Source of the DNA: an uncultured Nitrospira sp.
GTDB taxonomy: Bacteria; Nitrospirota; Nitrospiria; Nitrospirales; Nitrospiraceae
Direction: 5' to 3'
Length of the DNA stretch: 64,000 nt
Assembly (NCBI GenBank): GCA_964642845.1
Contig: CAZXRB010000001.1
Location: 19,754 to 83,753, forward strand
A program made the translations under genes and the position numbers. The notes under the pieces were generated by a model. That model was given only the letters and a program-made list of their open reading frames with translations. It did not search any database and was not told the DNA's origin. Positions 11,584-22,440 of this stretch are shown in pieces. Position 1 is the stretch's first letter; every line of letters starts with the position of its first letter.

Positions 11584-12779
11584 CGACCTGTGACGTGCTG
11601 GTGATCGGCGGCGGCATCATCGGCCTGAGCATCGCACGAGAGCTGCGCCGCCGACGGCCCGATGCCCGCATTCTGCTGATCGAGAAGGAATCGGCCTGCG
11701 GCGCGCATGCCAGCGGGCGCAACAGCGGGGTGCTGCACGCCGGCTTTTACTATACTCCCGACAGCCTCAAGGCCAAACTCACCCGCCTGGGCAACGAGCA
11801 CCTCACCGCGTACTGTGAAGAGAAAAAGATCCCGTTGAACAGATGCGGCAAACTGGTCGTGGCCAAGGACGCGAACGACCTGCCGTCGCTCGATGAATTG
11901 GTCCGCCGTGGCAAGGCCAACGGCATCGAGCTGCACGATTTGACGGAGACGGAGGCGAAGACCATAGAGCCGCGTGTGAAGACCTATCAGCGCGCGCTCT
12001 TCTCACCCCGCACGTCAACCGTGAACCCCGCCCACGTCGTGGACGCGATGCGGAAAGATGCCGAACGGGAAGGCGTCCAGATTCACTGCGGCACCGCGTA
12101 CGTCGGGCGCCGGCAGGGAGAGGTCCGGACCAATCGCGGGCAAGTCGAGGCCGGCTATGTGGTGAACGCCGCCGGGCTCTACGCCGACAAGATCGCCCTG
12201 GACTTCGGCTTTTCGGAGAAGTATCGCATTCTCCCGTTCAAAGGACTGTACCTGTACTCCAACGAGCCGCCGGGCTCGATCCGCACCAACATTTATCCCG
12301 TGCCCGATCTTCGGAACCCGTTTCTCGGCGTTCACTTCACGATCACCGCCGACGGACGAGCCAAGATCGGCCCCACGGCCATTCCGGCCCTCTGGCGTGA
12401 GCACTACGGCGGCTTCCGCCGTTTCCGTCTGGGCGAAGCGCTCGAAGTGGCGAGCCGCGGGCTCGGCCTCCTCAGTAACGCCCAGTTCGACTATCGACGG
12501 CTGGCCGTGGAAGAGTTCGCCAAATATTCAAGGAAGAAGATGGTATCCCTCGCCTCCGTGCTGGCCGAGGGGGTGAGAGAAGAACATTATGTCACCTGGG
12601 GAACGCCCGGCATCAGGGCCCAATTGCTGGACATCACGACACGCAAGCTGGAGATGGATTTCGTGCTGGAGGGCGACGATCGCTCCATGCACGTGCTGAA
12701 CGCCGTCTCGCCGGCGTTCACCTGCTCGCTGCCCTTCGCCGCCTATGTGTGCGATCGGATCGAACAGGTTGGGAGCTGA
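11580..12779 (+). CDS. lhgO: FAD-dependent oxidoreductase, L-2-hydroxyglutarate oxidase (LhgO)-like
   Basis: MTTCDVLVIGGGIIGLSIAREL (Rossmann GxGxxG) followed by GRNSGVLHAGFYY. ATGA overlap with the bioA stop. This is the 3' 400 codons of the 845-aa track ORF. Confidence 0.75.
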   Translation: MTTCDVLVIGGGIIGLSIARELRRRRPDARILLIEKESACGAHASGRNSGVLHAGFYYTPDSLKAKLTRLGNEHLTAYCEEKKIPLNRCGKLVVAKDANDLPSLDELVRRGKANGIELHDLTETEAKTIEPRVKTYQRALFSPRTSTVNPAHVVDAMRKDAEREGVQIHCGTAYVGRRQGEVRTNRGQVEAGYVVNAAGLYADKIALDFGFSEKYRILPFKGLYLYSNEPPGSIRTNIYPVPDLRNPFLGVHFTITADGRAKIGPTAIPALWREHYGGFRRFRLGEALEVASRGLGLLSNAQFDYRRLAVEEFAKYSRKKMVSLASVLAEGVREEHYVTWGTPGIRAQLLDITTRKLEMDFVLEGDDRSMHVLNAVSPAFTCSLPFAAYVCDRIEQVGS

Positions 12780-12807
12780 CCGTCGTCGCCGTCTCCCTGC
12801 GTAACGG

Positions 12808-13602
12808 CTACTCGACCCGCAGCTCCGCACCGACCTCGACCCTGAGCAGTTGGGCCGCGCTGGCCTCCTTGACGAACAGCTCAAGCACGCCGTTGCTGTT
12901 GATCAAGGCGCCAAGCCGGTCCGGTTGTCCTTCGCTGTAGCTCGCCAGCAATCCACCGATCACTCTATCGCCGATCCGAATCGTCGGCCGTCCACACCGG
13001 CTGTCCAACGCTTTGAGGTGCGTCAGGGTGATATTGGAGATCAGATTGCCGAACCGATCGATGTAGTCGATCCGGCCGACGAGAGCCGGCCCGTCGCGGA
13101 ACGGCTCCTGGCGCGATCGCGTGACTGGATCACCCACCACCGCTCCGAATGACGCGGCAGGCTCGCCCTTGGCCAGCCAGGCGGCGGCCGGGGCGAACAG
13201 ATCACGCCCGTCGAAGGTGGCGCCCTGCGCCTCCAACCGGTACCGCGGATTCTCGAGGCCACGAACCTCCGGCCGTTGTTCTTCCCGCAGCGCGAAGCTC
13301 AGCAGCCCATTGTCCGGGGCGAGGAAGTGATAGCGGGCGGTGGAGACCAACAACGCTCGCCGGCCGCTGCCCACACCCGGGTCGACGACGGCCACATGGA
13401 TGGTCCCGTCCGGAAAATAGCGATAGCTGGCACGGAGGACATACTCGGCTTCGTCGATCCGATGCGGCGCGATCTGGTGGGACAGATCGATGATGCGGGC
13501 GTCGGGGTGAATGGAGAGGATCACCCCCTTCATGCTGGCTACGAAGTAATCGCGGTCGCCGAAATCGGTCAGGAGGGTGATGAGGGGGCGGGCCGGAGGC
13601 AC
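12808..13602 (-). CDS. SAM hydroxide adenosyltransferase-like protein (DUF62 / SAM hydrolase family)
   Basis: ITLLTDFGDRDYFVASMKGVILS N-terminus and HVAVVDPGVGS are characteristic of the DUF62 family. GTG start overlaps the greA stop by 1 nt. Confidence 0.75.
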   Translation of the reverse strand: MPPARPLITLLTDFGDRDYFVASMKGVILSIHPDARIIDLSHQIAPHRIDEAEYVLRASYRYFPDGTIHVAVVDPGVGSGRRALLVSTARYHFLAPDNGLLSFALREEQRPEVRGLENPRYRLEAQGATFDGRDLFAPAAAWLAKGEPAASFGAVVGDPVTRSRQEPFRDGPALVGRIDYIDRFGNLISNITLTHLKALDSRCGRPTIRIGDRVIGGLLASYSEGQPDRLGALINSNGVLELFVKEASAAQLLRVEVGAELRVE

Positions 13603-14078
13603 TAGAAATCCTCGAACTTGATCTCCACCACTTCGTATTCCACCACCTTCGCGGGCGTCTTCACTTCGACGAAATCGCCGACCCGCTTGCCGATGAGGGC
13701 GCGGCCGACGGGCGATTGCACGGAAATGCGATTGAATTTCATGTCGGCCTCGTCCTGGCCGACGAGCGTGTACTGTTTCTTCTCCTGGGACTCCTGCTCA
13801 ATGACGCTGACCGTCGCTCCGAAGACCACCGTCTCGGTCGTGCGCCCGGTGATTTCGACGACGCGGGCATCCGCCAGTTTTGACTCGATTTCCGCAATGC
13901 GTGATTCGATGAACCCCTGCCGTTCCTTCGCCGCGTCGTACTCGGCATTCTCGCTCAAGTCGCCGTGCGCGCGCGCTTCCGCAATCGCCTCGATGACCCG
14001 CGGGCGCTCCACTTTCCTGAGACGGTCCAATTCTGCTTTCAACGCATCATAACCCTTCTTCGTGATGGGGGTCGGCAT
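13602..14078 (-). CDS. greA: Transcription elongation factor GreA
   Basis: 158 aa. ITKKGYDALKAELDRL coiled-coil N-domain, AEARAHGDLSENAEYDAAKERQ, and a C-terminal FKBP-like domain. Confidence 0.95.
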   Translation of the reverse strand: MPTPITKKGYDALKAELDRLRKVERPRVIEAIAEARAHGDLSENAEYDAAKERQGFIESRIAEIESKLADARVVEITGRTTETVVFGATVSVIEQESQEKKQYTLVGQDEADMKFNRISVQSPVGRALIGKRVGDFVEVKTPAKVVEYEVVEIKFEDF

Positions 14079-14099
14079 AGCTCTCTGACTCCTGGCCTT

Positions 14100-17000
14100 C
14101 TACATGCGATGATACTCTTGCAAGGAGCGGATGGACAGGTCCTTCTTGGCGACGGCTTCCATCCCGAGGACCGCAGCCACCGCGCCGCGCATCGTCGTAT
14201 AGTACGGCACGCCGCGATGGAGCGCTTCCCGGCGAATGGAGACCGAATCGGTGTGCGAGGACGCCGTCCGGACTGTGTTCACCACCAGCGCCACGTCGCC
14301 GTTCTTGATGTGATCCACGATGTGCGGCCGGCCTTCCTTCACCTTGTTCACCACCGTGACCTCGACACCGTGGTCCTTCAGGTAGCCGGCCGTGCCGCGG
14401 GTCGCCTGCAGCTGGAAGCCGAGTTTTACCAAGCGCTTCACCACGTCCAACGCCGCGGGCCGATCTTCTTCTTTCACACTGATGAGCGCGTTGCCGGATC
14501 TCGGCAACAGGGCGCCCGCGCCGGCCTGGGACTTGGCGAAGGCCCAGCCGAAGTCGCTGTCGATCCCCATCACTTCCCCGGTGGACTTCATTTCCGGCCC
14601 CAGGAGAACGTCCACGCCCGGAAACTTGTTGAAGGGGAAGACGGCTTCCTTCACGGAGAGGTGCGCAGGCTGCACCGGCTCGGTGAATCCCAACTCTTTG
14701 AGCGTCTTACCGATCATCACTTTCATGGCCAGCTTGGCCAGCGGCACGCCGATCGCCTTGCTCACGAACGGCACGGTGCGCGATCCGCGCGGATTCACCT
14801 CCAGCACATAGACCGTGCGGTCCTTCACGGCGAACTGCGCGTTCATGAGTCCCACCACGCCCAGTTCCAACGCCAAGGCCTTCATCTGCCGCTCGATGTC
14901 GGCGATGATCGCCCGGTCGAGCGTGTAGGGCGGCAACGAGCAGGCGGAATCGCCCGAATGCACGCCGGCCTCTTCGATGTGCTCCATGATTCCGGCGACG
15001 ACCACGGTGCGTCCGTCGGAAATGGCATCGGCGTCGACCTCGATCGCATCCGCAAGGTATTTGTCGATCAGCACGGGATGTTTCGGAGAGGCTTTCACGG
15101 CCGACCGCATATACTCGAGCAGGCCGGCCTCATCGTAGACGATCTGCATCGAGCGCCCGCCGAGCACGTAGGACGGCCGCACCATCACGGGATAGCTGAT
15201 CTGCGCGGCGACCGACACGGCTTCCTCCACCGAGCGGGCCAGTCCGCTATCCGCCTGGCACAAACCGAGCTTGTCGAGCAGGGCGCGGAACCGCTCTCGG
15301 TCTTCCGCCCGGTCGATGGCATCCGGACTGGTGCCCAGAATCTTGACGCCGGCGCGCGAGAGGGGCAGCGCGAGCTTGAGCGGCGTCTGCCCGCCGAACT
15401 GGAGCACCACGCCGATCGGCCGTTCGCGCTCCACGATGTTCAACACGTCTTCTTCCGTAAGCGGCTCGAAATAGAGGCGATCGGACGTGTCATAGTCGGT
15501 GCTCACCGTTTCCGGATTGCAGTTCACCATGATCGTTTCGACGCCTTCGTCCCGCAACGCCATCGCCGCATGGACGCAGCAGTAGTCGAACTCGATGCCC
15601 TGCCCGATCCGGTTGGGCCCCCCGCCCAGGATCACCACTTTCTTGCGGTCCGTCGGTCGCGCCTCGCACTCGCGGCCGTAGGTGGAATACAAATACGGGG
15701 TGTGCGCTTCGAATTCGGCCGCGCAGGTGTCGACGCGTTTGTAGGTGACGGAGCGTGCTGAGCCGCTCGCCTTGGCCGGCTCCGTTCTGGCCTTTCTCAC
15801 CGCGGCCGCTTCCACGCCCAGCAACTGGGCGATGCGGTCGTCGGAGAAACCCAGCTCTTTGGCTGTCCAGAGAAGACCGTCGCTGAGGACGGCTGGCGCT
15901 TGCTCCGCCTGGGAGACAAGCGTCTGCTCGAACGTCATGAGCTCCCGGATCTGCTCCAGGAACCAGGGATCGATCTTGGTCAGCCCGAACAAGTCTTCGT
16001 TCGTCAGCCCCAGCCGGATGGCGTCCGCCAGATACCAGAGCCGCTCGGGCAGCGGCGTCCGCAACGTCCGTTGCAGCTTCTCCAGGGCCTCTTGCCGGTT
16101 GAAATCCGCCGGCACGCCGCGATCGATCCCCAGCCGCGAAGCCAAACCGTTGAGATCGAGCTCCAAGGATCGGATGGCCTTCTGCAGCGCTTCCTTGAAC
16201 GTCCGCCCGATCGCCATCACCTCGCCGACGGATTTCATCTGGGTGGTCAACGTGGGATCGGCGCCTTTGAATTTTTGGAAGGCAAAGCGGGGGATTTTGA
16301 CCACCACATAATCGATCGTCGGCTCGAAGGATGCCTTCGTGACGCCGGTGATGTCGTTCGTGATTTCGTCGAGCGTATAGCCGACCGCCAGTTTCGCCGC
16401 GATCTTCGCGATCGGAAACCCGGTCGCTTTCGACGCCAGGGCCGAGCTGCGCGACACGCGGGGGTTCATCTCGATGACGACCATGTCGCCGTCGGCGGGA
16501 TTGATGCCGAATTGGATGTTCGAGCCCCCCGTGTCGACGCCGATCTCTCGAATGATCCGCAGCGCGGCGTCGCGCATGCGCTGATATTCCTTGTCAGTCA
16601 GCGTCATGGCGGGGGCGACCGTGATGCTGTCGCCGGTGTGAACCCCCATCGGATCGAGGTTTTCGATGGGACACACGATGACGACGTTATCTTTCAGGTC
16701 GCGCATCACCTCCAACTCGTATTCCTTCCAGCCGATCACCGATTCTTCGATCAGCACCTGGCTGACGGGGCTCATGGCGAGCCCCCATTCGATGAGCCGC
16801 TCGAATTCTTCGCGGTTGTAGGCGATATTCCCGCCGGTGCCGCCGAGCGTGAACGACGGCCGGATGATCGCCGGGAATCCCACGTAGTCCACCAGCTTCA
16901 CCGCTTCGTCCCGCGTACGCGCCGTGCCGCTCTTCGGCACGCGGAGGCCGATGCGCTGCATGGCTTCCTTGAACGCTTCCCGATCCTCCGCCTTGTGGAT

Positions 17001-17366
17001 GGCCTCGGCGGACGCGCCGATGAGCCGCACGCCGTACTTCTCCAACACGCCGCGCTTCACCAACCCCATCGTGGTATTCAAGGCCGTCTGCCCGCCCATC
17101 GTGGGCAGCAGCGCGTCGGGGCGTTCGCGCTCGATGACTTTTTCGACAACCGCCAGCGTGATCGGTTCGACATAGGTGCGATCCGCCAATTCCGGATCGG
17201 TCATGATTGTGGCGGGATTGCTGTTGATCAGAACGACCTTGTAGCCTTCCTCTTTCAGCGCCTTGCAGGCCTGTGTCCCGGAATAATCGAACTCACAGGC
17301 CTGGCCGATGATGATCGGGCCTGAACCGATCAGAAGGATGGAGCGAATGTCGGTGCGCTTCGGCAT
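14100..17366 (-). CDS. carB: Carbamoyl-phosphate synthase large subunit
   Basis: [30 protein letters not shown] and the duplicated ATP-grasp half ([23 protein letters not shown]). Start placed at ATG 17366, not the 41-codon extension. Confidence 0.95.
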   Translation of the reverse strand: MPKRTDIRSILLIGSGPIIIGQACEFDYSGTQACKALKEEGYKVVLINSNPATIMTDPELADRTYVEPITLAVVEKVIERERPDALLPTMGGQTALNTTMGLVKRGVLEKYGVRLIGASAEAIHKAEDREAFKEAMQRIGLRVPKSGTARTRDEAVKLVDYVGFPAIIRPSFTLGGTGGNIAYNREEFERLIEWGLAMSPVSQVLIEESVIGWKEYELEVMRDLKDNVVIVCPIENLDPMGVHTGDSITVAPAMTLTDKEYQRMRDAALRIIREIGVDTGGSNIQFGINPADGDMVVIEMNPRVSRSSALASKATGFPIAKIAAKLAVGYTLDEITNDITGVTKASFEPTIDYVVVKIPRFAFQKFKGADPTLTTQMKSVGEVMAIGRTFKEALQKAIRSLELDLNGLASRLGIDRGVPADFNRQEALEKLQRTLRTPLPERLWYLADAIRLGLTNEDLFGLTKIDPWFLEQIRELMTFEQTLVSQAEQAPAVLSDGLLWTAKELGFSDDRIAQLLGVEAAAVRKARTEPAKASGSARSVTYKRVDTCAAEFEAHTPYLYSTYGRECEARPTDRKKVVILGGGPNRIGQGIEFDYCCVHAAMALRDEGVETIMVNCNPETVSTDYDTSDRLYFEPLTEEDVLNIVERERPIGVVLQFGGQTPLKLALPLSRAGVKILGTSPDAIDRAEDRERFRALLDKLGLCQADSGLARSVEEAVSVAAQISYPVMVRPSYVLGGRSMQIVYDEAGLLEYMRSAVKASPKHPVLIDKYLADAIEVDADAISDGRTVVVAGIMEHIEEAGVHSGDSACSLPPYTLDRAIIADIERQMKALALELGVVGLMNAQFAVKDRTVYVLEVNPRGSRTVPFVSKAIGVPLAKLAMKVMIGKTLKELGFTEPVQPAHLSVKEAVFPFNKFPGVDVLLGPEMKSTGEVMGIDSDFGWAFAKSQAGAGALLPRSGNALISVKEEDRPAALDVVKRLVKLGFQLQATRGTAGYLKDHGVEVTVVNKVKEGRPHIVDHIKNGDVALVVNTVRTASSHTDSVSIRREALHRGVPYYTTMRGAVAAVLGMEAVAKKDLSIRSLQEYHRM

Positions 17367-17383
17367 GGAGTCTCTGTTCTCCG

Positions 17384-18346
17384 TTAGCTGGTCTGCGGCA
17401 TGGGGCCGATGGGCGGCCGGTAGGGCGCCGGCTGCGCCGGCGCACCGCCCCCCGGTCCGCGATAGTATTGCAGCACTTCCGGGAGCCACGCCTCGATCTG
17501 ATTGATGCGGGTGACGTCCGAAGGATGCGTGGAGAGAAATTCCGGAATGGCGTGCTGGGAGCGGAAGCAGAGCTTGCCGATCATCTGCTTTGGACAGCCG
17601 CTCATGCGCTCCCAGAACGGCACGGCTTCGCGCGGATCGTACCCGGCTTCGGCCATCAGCCGCAGGCCGATGTAGTCCGCCTCCGATTCCTGCTTCCGGT
17701 TGAACGGCAGCGACACGTTGACCCCGTACGCGCCCAGGAGGCCTTGGATGGCGCCGCCGCTCGAATGGCCGGCCGCCGCCGCGCCGATCGCGCCCAACTG
17801 CGCGATCTGATCCAGAATGCTGCGGCTCATGCGCTCCACGCCGTGCCGCTGCAGCGCATGGGCGATTTCATGCCCCATGACGGTGGCGAGGCCCGGCTCG
17901 CCTTGGGTGATCTTCAGAATCCCGGTGAAGACCGCCACTTTGCCGCCGGGCAGACAAAAGGCGTTCACCATCCTGTCGTCTTCGATGACGGCGAACTCCC
18001 ATTGGTATTCCGGCTTGTTGGCCACCTTGGCGATGCGCCATCCCACCCGTTGCACCATGTCCGTAATCTCGGGATTTTCGCTGAGCCGGGCTTCGCGCAA
18101 GACTTCACGGTACGCTTGCAGGCCGAACTGCAGTTCCTTCTCTTCCGAAAAAAAGATCAGCTGATCCCGCGCGGTGCCCGGCGCCCGATAACACCCTGCC
18201 AGCATGGAAAGCCCGCCGAGCGCTGCGCCCGTCGCGCAAGCGGCGTAGAGACCGGCCAATCCGCGCGCGCCGCGCACCAGCAGCGCCCGGCGGGAGAGAG
18301 CGGTTTCAAAGAATCTGTTGATCTGTTGATCTGTTGAATGCGTCAT
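17384..18346 (-). CDS. M48-family zinc metalloprotease, probable exported lipoprotein
   Basis: [10 protein letters not shown] (HExxH) and downstream SEADYIGL. The N-terminus has a twin-arginine-like SRRALLV and lipobox LAGC. Confidence 0.8.
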   Translation of the reverse strand: MTHSTDQQINRFFETALSRRALLVRGARGLAGLYAACATGAALGGLSMLAGCYRAPGTARDQLIFFSEEKELQFGLQAYREVLREARLSENPEITDMVQRVGWRIAKVANKPEYQWEFAVIEDDRMVNAFCLPGGKVAVFTGILKITQGEPGLATVMGHEIAHALQRHGVERMSRSILDQIAQLGAIGAAAAGHSSGGAIQGLLGAYGVNVSLPFNRKQESEADYIGLRLMAEAGYDPREAVPFWERMSGCPKQMIGKLCFRSQHAIPEFLSTHPSDVTRINQIEAWLPEVLQYYRGPGGGAPAQPAPYRPPIGPMPQTS

Positions 18347-18409
18347 AGGACTGTCGGAGCTTCGAGCCGATCGTCAGATCAACAGATCATCAGATCGACC
18401 ACTTCTTCA

Positions 18410-19363
18410 TTACGGCATCCACAAATACATGAACTGGGGGGCGCCGCCCCGGACGAAGGCCATGAGATCGAAGTTCCCGAGCGCGGTCAAGGGATTCGGC
18501 GCCGCGAGCCTCGAATAGATGTTATTCGAATACTCGCCGGGACGGCGATACATGACGACCCGCGCTTCCGTCACCCCCGCCTTCTTCTTGGCCAGCTCGA
18601 CGGCATCGTCCAAATAGCCGATGTCGTCCACCAGGCCGGCCGCCTTCGCTTGCTCGCCCGTATAGATGCGCCCATCGGCCAGCTTCTTGATCTGATCGGG
18701 CTGCAGATTCGGCCGGCCCTCCTGCACGACGCTCAAAAACCGCTGGTAGAAGGAATCGATCAGGCCCTGAAAGATCGCCCGCTCTTCCGGCGTCATGGGC
18801 CGGAAGGGCGAGCCCATGTCTTTGCGAGGGCCCGACGTCACCGCGGTCGCCTCCACCCCCACTTTTTCGAGAAGCCCGCGGGCGTTCATCATCAGCATGA
18901 TGACGCCGATGCTGCCGGTCACGGACGAAGGATGCGCCAAGACGGCGTCGGCCGCCGAGGCGATGTAATAGCCGCCGGACGCCCCCACATCCATAATCGA
19001 CGCCACGAGAGGGATCTTTCGGTTGGCTTTGAAGGTCTTCAGCTCGTGGTGAAGGATGTCCGACGCCGTGACGGTGCCGCCCGGGGTATTGATGCGGAGC
19101 ACGACGGCCTTCACCGCGTCGTCCTGCGCCGCGCGGGTCAACTGCTCCTTCACGCCGGCCAGGAGGCTGGGCGTCGGGACGAATCCGTCGCCTTCCTGTG
19201 ACGTGATGACGCCCGAGACCTCCATCAGCAGCACCTTGGCCTTGCCCGTGCCGCTGACTTGCGTCTCTTGGAGCGGGCCGGGACCGGGAAACAAGGGGAA
19301 ATTGAACGTGCAGCCGGCGAAGGACAGAGCGAGCACGCACAGCATGACCGGACGCCTACGCAT
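18410..19363 (-). CDS. sppA: Signal peptide peptidase SppA (36K type), lipoprotein
   Basis: ClpP/crotonase-like S49 motifs [18 protein letters not shown] and GSIGV. N-terminal LSFAGC lipobox. Confidence 0.85.
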   Translation of the reverse strand: MRRRPVMLCVLALSFAGCTFNFPLFPGPGPLQETQVSGTGKAKVLLMEVSGVITSQEGDGFVPTPSLLAGVKEQLTRAAQDDAVKAVVLRINTPGGTVTASDILHHELKTFKANRKIPLVASIMDVGASGGYYIASAADAVLAHPSSVTGSIGVIMLMMNARGLLEKVGVEATAVTSGPRKDMGSPFRPMTPEERAIFQGLIDSFYQRFLSVVQEGRPNLQPDQIKKLADGRIYTGEQAKAAGLVDDIGYLDDAVELAKKKAGVTEARVVMYRRPGEYSNNIYSRLAAPNPLTALGNFDLMAFVRGGAPQFMYLWMP

Positions 19364-20534
19364 GATGTCTCTCCATCAGCCGGACGAATTCTTCAAACAG
19401 ATAGGCCGAATCGTGGGGCCCGGGGGAAGCCTCCGGATGGTATTGCACCGAGAACACGGGCTGATCGAGCGCGGCCATGCCCTCCACCGAGTGATCGTTG
19501 AGACTCACATGGGTGATCGCCACCGCCCCATAATCGGTGTTGAATCGAACCGGCTGCGCCGGCACATCAGCAAAGCCCTGAGGCGGCTGCACCGCGAAGT
19601 TGTGGTTTTGCGACGTGATCTCCACTTTTCTGGTCCGCAGATCGATCACCGGATGATTGGCCCCGTGATGGCCGAATTTCAGCTTGTAGGTCTTGAGACC
19701 CAAGGCCAGGCCGAGAAGCTGGTGCCCGAGGCAAATGCCGAAAATCGGACGCCGCCCGATCAAGGCCCGTACCGCCTCCATCGCATAAGGGACGCCCTCC
19801 GGATCGCCCGGACCGTTGGAGAGAAAGACGCCGTCCGGATTAAGCCGTTCCACTTCGGCCGCCGAGGTCGACGCGGGTACCACCATGACCTCGCAACCCA
19901 CATCCACCAGACGCCGGAGGATATTCTCCTTCACACCGAAATCATACGCAACCACGCGCCACCGTTTGCGCGCCGTCGGAGGCGTACCGGCTCCCCATGA
20001 GTTCGGCACCCACCCGCCCGAGCCGGTCTTCCACGGATACGGCTGAGCGCAGGTCACCTCCGCCGCCAGATCGCGCCCGACGATCCCGGGCGCCTCTTTG
20101 GCCTTGCGGACGGCGCGGGCCGGATCGAGATCCACGTGCGTAATGAGTCCCTGCTGGGAGCCATGCTCGCGGAGGTGCCTGGTCAGCGCCCTGGTGTCCA
20201 ACCCTTCGATGGCCACGACCTTGGAAACCGACAAATATTCCTGGATGGTTTGCTCGCGGCGCCAATTGCTGGCGAGGCGGCTGGCCTCCATCACCACGAA
20301 GCCTTCCGCCCAAATACGGCGTGATTCGATATCCTCCGAGGTGACGCCGTAATTCCCGATGTGCGGGCAGGTCATCGTGATGATCTGGCCCTTATACGAA
20401 GGATCGGTGAGCACCTCCTGATAGCCCGTCATGGCCGTATTGAACACGACCTCCCCGACCGTTTCCCCTTCATGGCCGAGCGCGCGGCCCTCGAAGACCG
20501 CTCCATCGGCGAGCGCGAGCAACGCGCGTTTCAT
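19356..20534 (-). CDS. carA: Carbamoyl-phosphate synthase small subunit
   Basis: [10 protein letters not shown]-domain and the class-I amidotransferase GICLGHQLL...HHG...QYHPE triad region. Confidence 0.95.
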   Translation of the reverse strand: MKRALLALADGAVFEGRALGHEGETVGEVVFNTAMTGYQEVLTDPSYKGQIITMTCPHIGNYGVTSEDIESRRIWAEGFVVMEASRLASNWRREQTIQEYLSVSKVVAIEGLDTRALTRHLREHGSQQGLITHVDLDPARAVRKAKEAPGIVGRDLAAEVTCAQPYPWKTGSGGWVPNSWGAGTPPTARKRWRVVAYDFGVKENILRRLVDVGCEVMVVPASTSAAEVERLNPDGVFLSNGPGDPEGVPYAMEAVRALIGRRPIFGICLGHQLLGLALGLKTYKLKFGHHGANHPVIDLRTRKVEITSQNHNFAVQPPQGFADVPAQPVRFNTDYGAVAITHVSLNDHSVEGMAALDQPVFSVQYHPEASPGPHDSAYLFEEFVRLMERHHA

Positions 20535-21052
20535 AGCAGCCCCTCCGAACGACGCACCCAGTGATGAACCCGCATGCCGGCCAGCACGAGTCCCAAGACG
20601 AGATTGATGATATAGAGCGTCCGAACCGGCATGTGCAGCTTAAAGAAGGCCTCGAACGCTTCCTTTCTGCCTTCTCCCGCCTTCAGCGCGAAGGCCTCCG
20701 CCTGGCGCGCCGCCGCCAACGGATGCAGATAGAAGATGATCACCGCGGCGATCACGATCATGCACGCAAACAGCCACGCCTCGATCGGGCTGACGGCATA
20801 GTAGGACGGGGCCTTCCACGAGCGCCACGCCATGCCCGACGCCAACACGATGATGGCGGCGAGCACGAGGCGGTTGTACCCTTCGAAGGCCCGGGTCAAA
20901 AACAAGCCGCCGGCGTCTTGACCGCCGAACGTGTTGAACACCGCCGGCAAGACCGCGGCCACCAGCACCACTAAGCCTCCGATCCACAGCCCCAAGGCCA
21001 CCCATTCACTCGCGAGACTGATCACCAGCGTCCATCTCGCCTTGCGGCCCAC
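20531..21052 (-). CDS. Small polytopic membrane protein (DUF4149-like), function unknown
   Basis: 173 aa with four hydrophobic segments. Tightly packed between pyrC (4-nt gap) and carA (4-nt overlap). The family assignment is from memory only. Confidence 0.5.
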   Translation of the reverse strand: MGRKARWTLVISLASEWVALGLWIGGLVVLVAAVLPAVFNTFGGQDAGGLFLTRAFEGYNRLVLAAIIVLASGMAWRSWKAPSYYAVSPIEAWLFACMIVIAAVIIFYLHPLAAARQAEAFALKAGEGRKEAFEAFFKLHMPVRTLYIINLVLGLVLAGMRVHHWVRRSEGLL

Positions 21053-21056
21053 GGCA

Positions 21057-22343
21057 CTACCGTTCGGATCCGTTCATGGCAAAGACGACGCGGCCACCGA
21101 CTACCGTGGTTTTTACACGACCCTTCACTTTCCAGCCACCAAAAGGTGTGTTGCGGCTCTTCGATCGGAACTTGCCGGGATCGACCTCCCACTGCTCGTT
21201 CGGATCCACGAGCGTGAGGTCGGCATCGGCACCCACGGCCAGCGTGCCTTTCGGAAGCCCGAAGGCGGCGGCCGGCGCCGAGGTCAGCTTCGTTACGGCC
21301 TGCTCCAACGTCAGCATGCTTTCCTCGACCAGGCCGAGCGTCAGCGGCAGCGCCGTCTCCAGCCCCACGATCCCGAAGGGCGCCTCGGTGAAATCTTGTT
21401 GTTTCTCCTGCGTCGCGTGGGGCGCATGGTCCGTGGCGATCACGTCGATCGTGCCGTCACGCAGCCCGTCCTTGATGGCCTGGACGTCCGCCCAGGTCCG
21501 CAGCGGCGGATTCATCTTCGCATGCGTGTTGTACCCCCGCACCACTTCCTCCGTCAGCGTGAAATGGTGCGGGCAGGCCTCGGCGGTAACGCGGATGCCG
21601 CGGGCCTTGGCCTCGCGCACCATGCGCACCGACCCCGCCGTACTGATGTGGGCCAGATGGAGCCGCGCGCCGGTGAGCTCGGACAGCGACAGATTGCGCG
21701 CCACCATCACGTCTTCCGCGGCGGCGGGGATGCCGGGCAGCCCCAGTTCCGTCGAAACCAGTCCTTCGTTCATGCAGCCGCCCTCGGCCAGGTGTGTGTC
21801 TTCACAGTGATCGACCACGGTCAAATCGAAGGCCAGCGCATATTCCATCGCCCGCCGCATGACCAGGCTGTTCATCACCGGTTTGCCGTCGTCCGAAATC
21901 GCCACGCAGCCCGACCGCCGCAGGTCGCCGATCTCCGCCAGCTCCTTGCCTTCCGAGCCTTTCGTAATCGCGCCGATGGGCAGCACATTCGCCAACCCGG
22001 CCAAACGAGCCCGTTCCAGGATGAATTCCGTCACGGCCTGGTTGTCGTTCACGGGGCTGGTGTTCGGCATGCAACAGACGGTCGTAAACCCGCCCGCCAC
22101 GGCCGCCGCGCTCCCCGTCTGAATCGTTTCCTTGTATTCGAATCCCGGCTCTCGGAAGTGCACGTGCAGGTCCACCAACCCGGGCAACACCAACAGTCCA
22201 TCGGCCGGGATGACCTGCGCTCCGGCAGGCGCGGACACCTTCGCCCCCACAGCCGCGATTTTTCCTCCGTCGATCAGCACGTCACCCATGCCCACATACC
22301 GGCCCGGATCCACGATTCGTCCGCCCTTGATAAGAATCGACAC
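21057..22343 (-). CDS. pyrC: Dihydroorotase
   Basis: PGLVDLHVHFREPG metal-binding motif and VIATDHAPH. GTG start preceded by AAAGGAG. Confidence 0.9.
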   Translation of the reverse strand: MSILIKGGRIVDPGRYVGMGDVLIDGGKIAAVGAKVSAPAGAQVIPADGLLVLPGLVDLHVHFREPGFEYKETIQTGSAAAVAGGFTTVCCMPNTSPVNDNQAVTEFILERARLAGLANVLPIGAITKGSEGKELAEIGDLRRSGCVAISDDGKPVMNSLVMRRAMEYALAFDLTVVDHCEDTHLAEGGCMNEGLVSTELGLPGIPAAAEDVMVARNLSLSELTGARLHLAHISTAGSVRMVREAKARGIRVTAEACPHHFTLTEEVVRGYNTHAKMNPPLRTWADVQAIKDGLRDGTIDVIATDHAPHATQEKQQDFTEAPFGIVGLETALPLTLGLVEESMLTLEQAVTKLTSAPAAAFGLPKGTLAVGADADLTLVDPNEQWEVDPGKFRSKSRNTPFGGWKVKGRVKTTVVGGRVVFAMNGSER

Positions 22344-22440
22344 GAAACTCCTTTCTTATCGGAATGTGGCGATCAGTCGATCTGATGATTGATTCGGAGA
22401 GTTCGAGTCAAAGGACAATCGACAGATCGACAAATTTCTT

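Noticed and set aside
13965-15761. Very long antisense ORFs opposite real genes. Examples: 13965..15761 and 15900..17324 opposite carB, 8279..9934 opposite lepA, 42410..44074 opposite the secretin, 4177..5475 opposite pyrG, 1766..3073 opposite kdsD, 20931..22385 opposite pyrC, 22751..23965 opposite pyrB/pyrR, 6478..7506, 53674..54957, 27589..28533.
   Set aside because: Their translations are Arg/Gly/Pro/His-rich low-complexity strings with no motifs. The opposite strand encodes unmistakable conserved enzymes. Stop-poor mirror frames are expected in GC-rich DNA.
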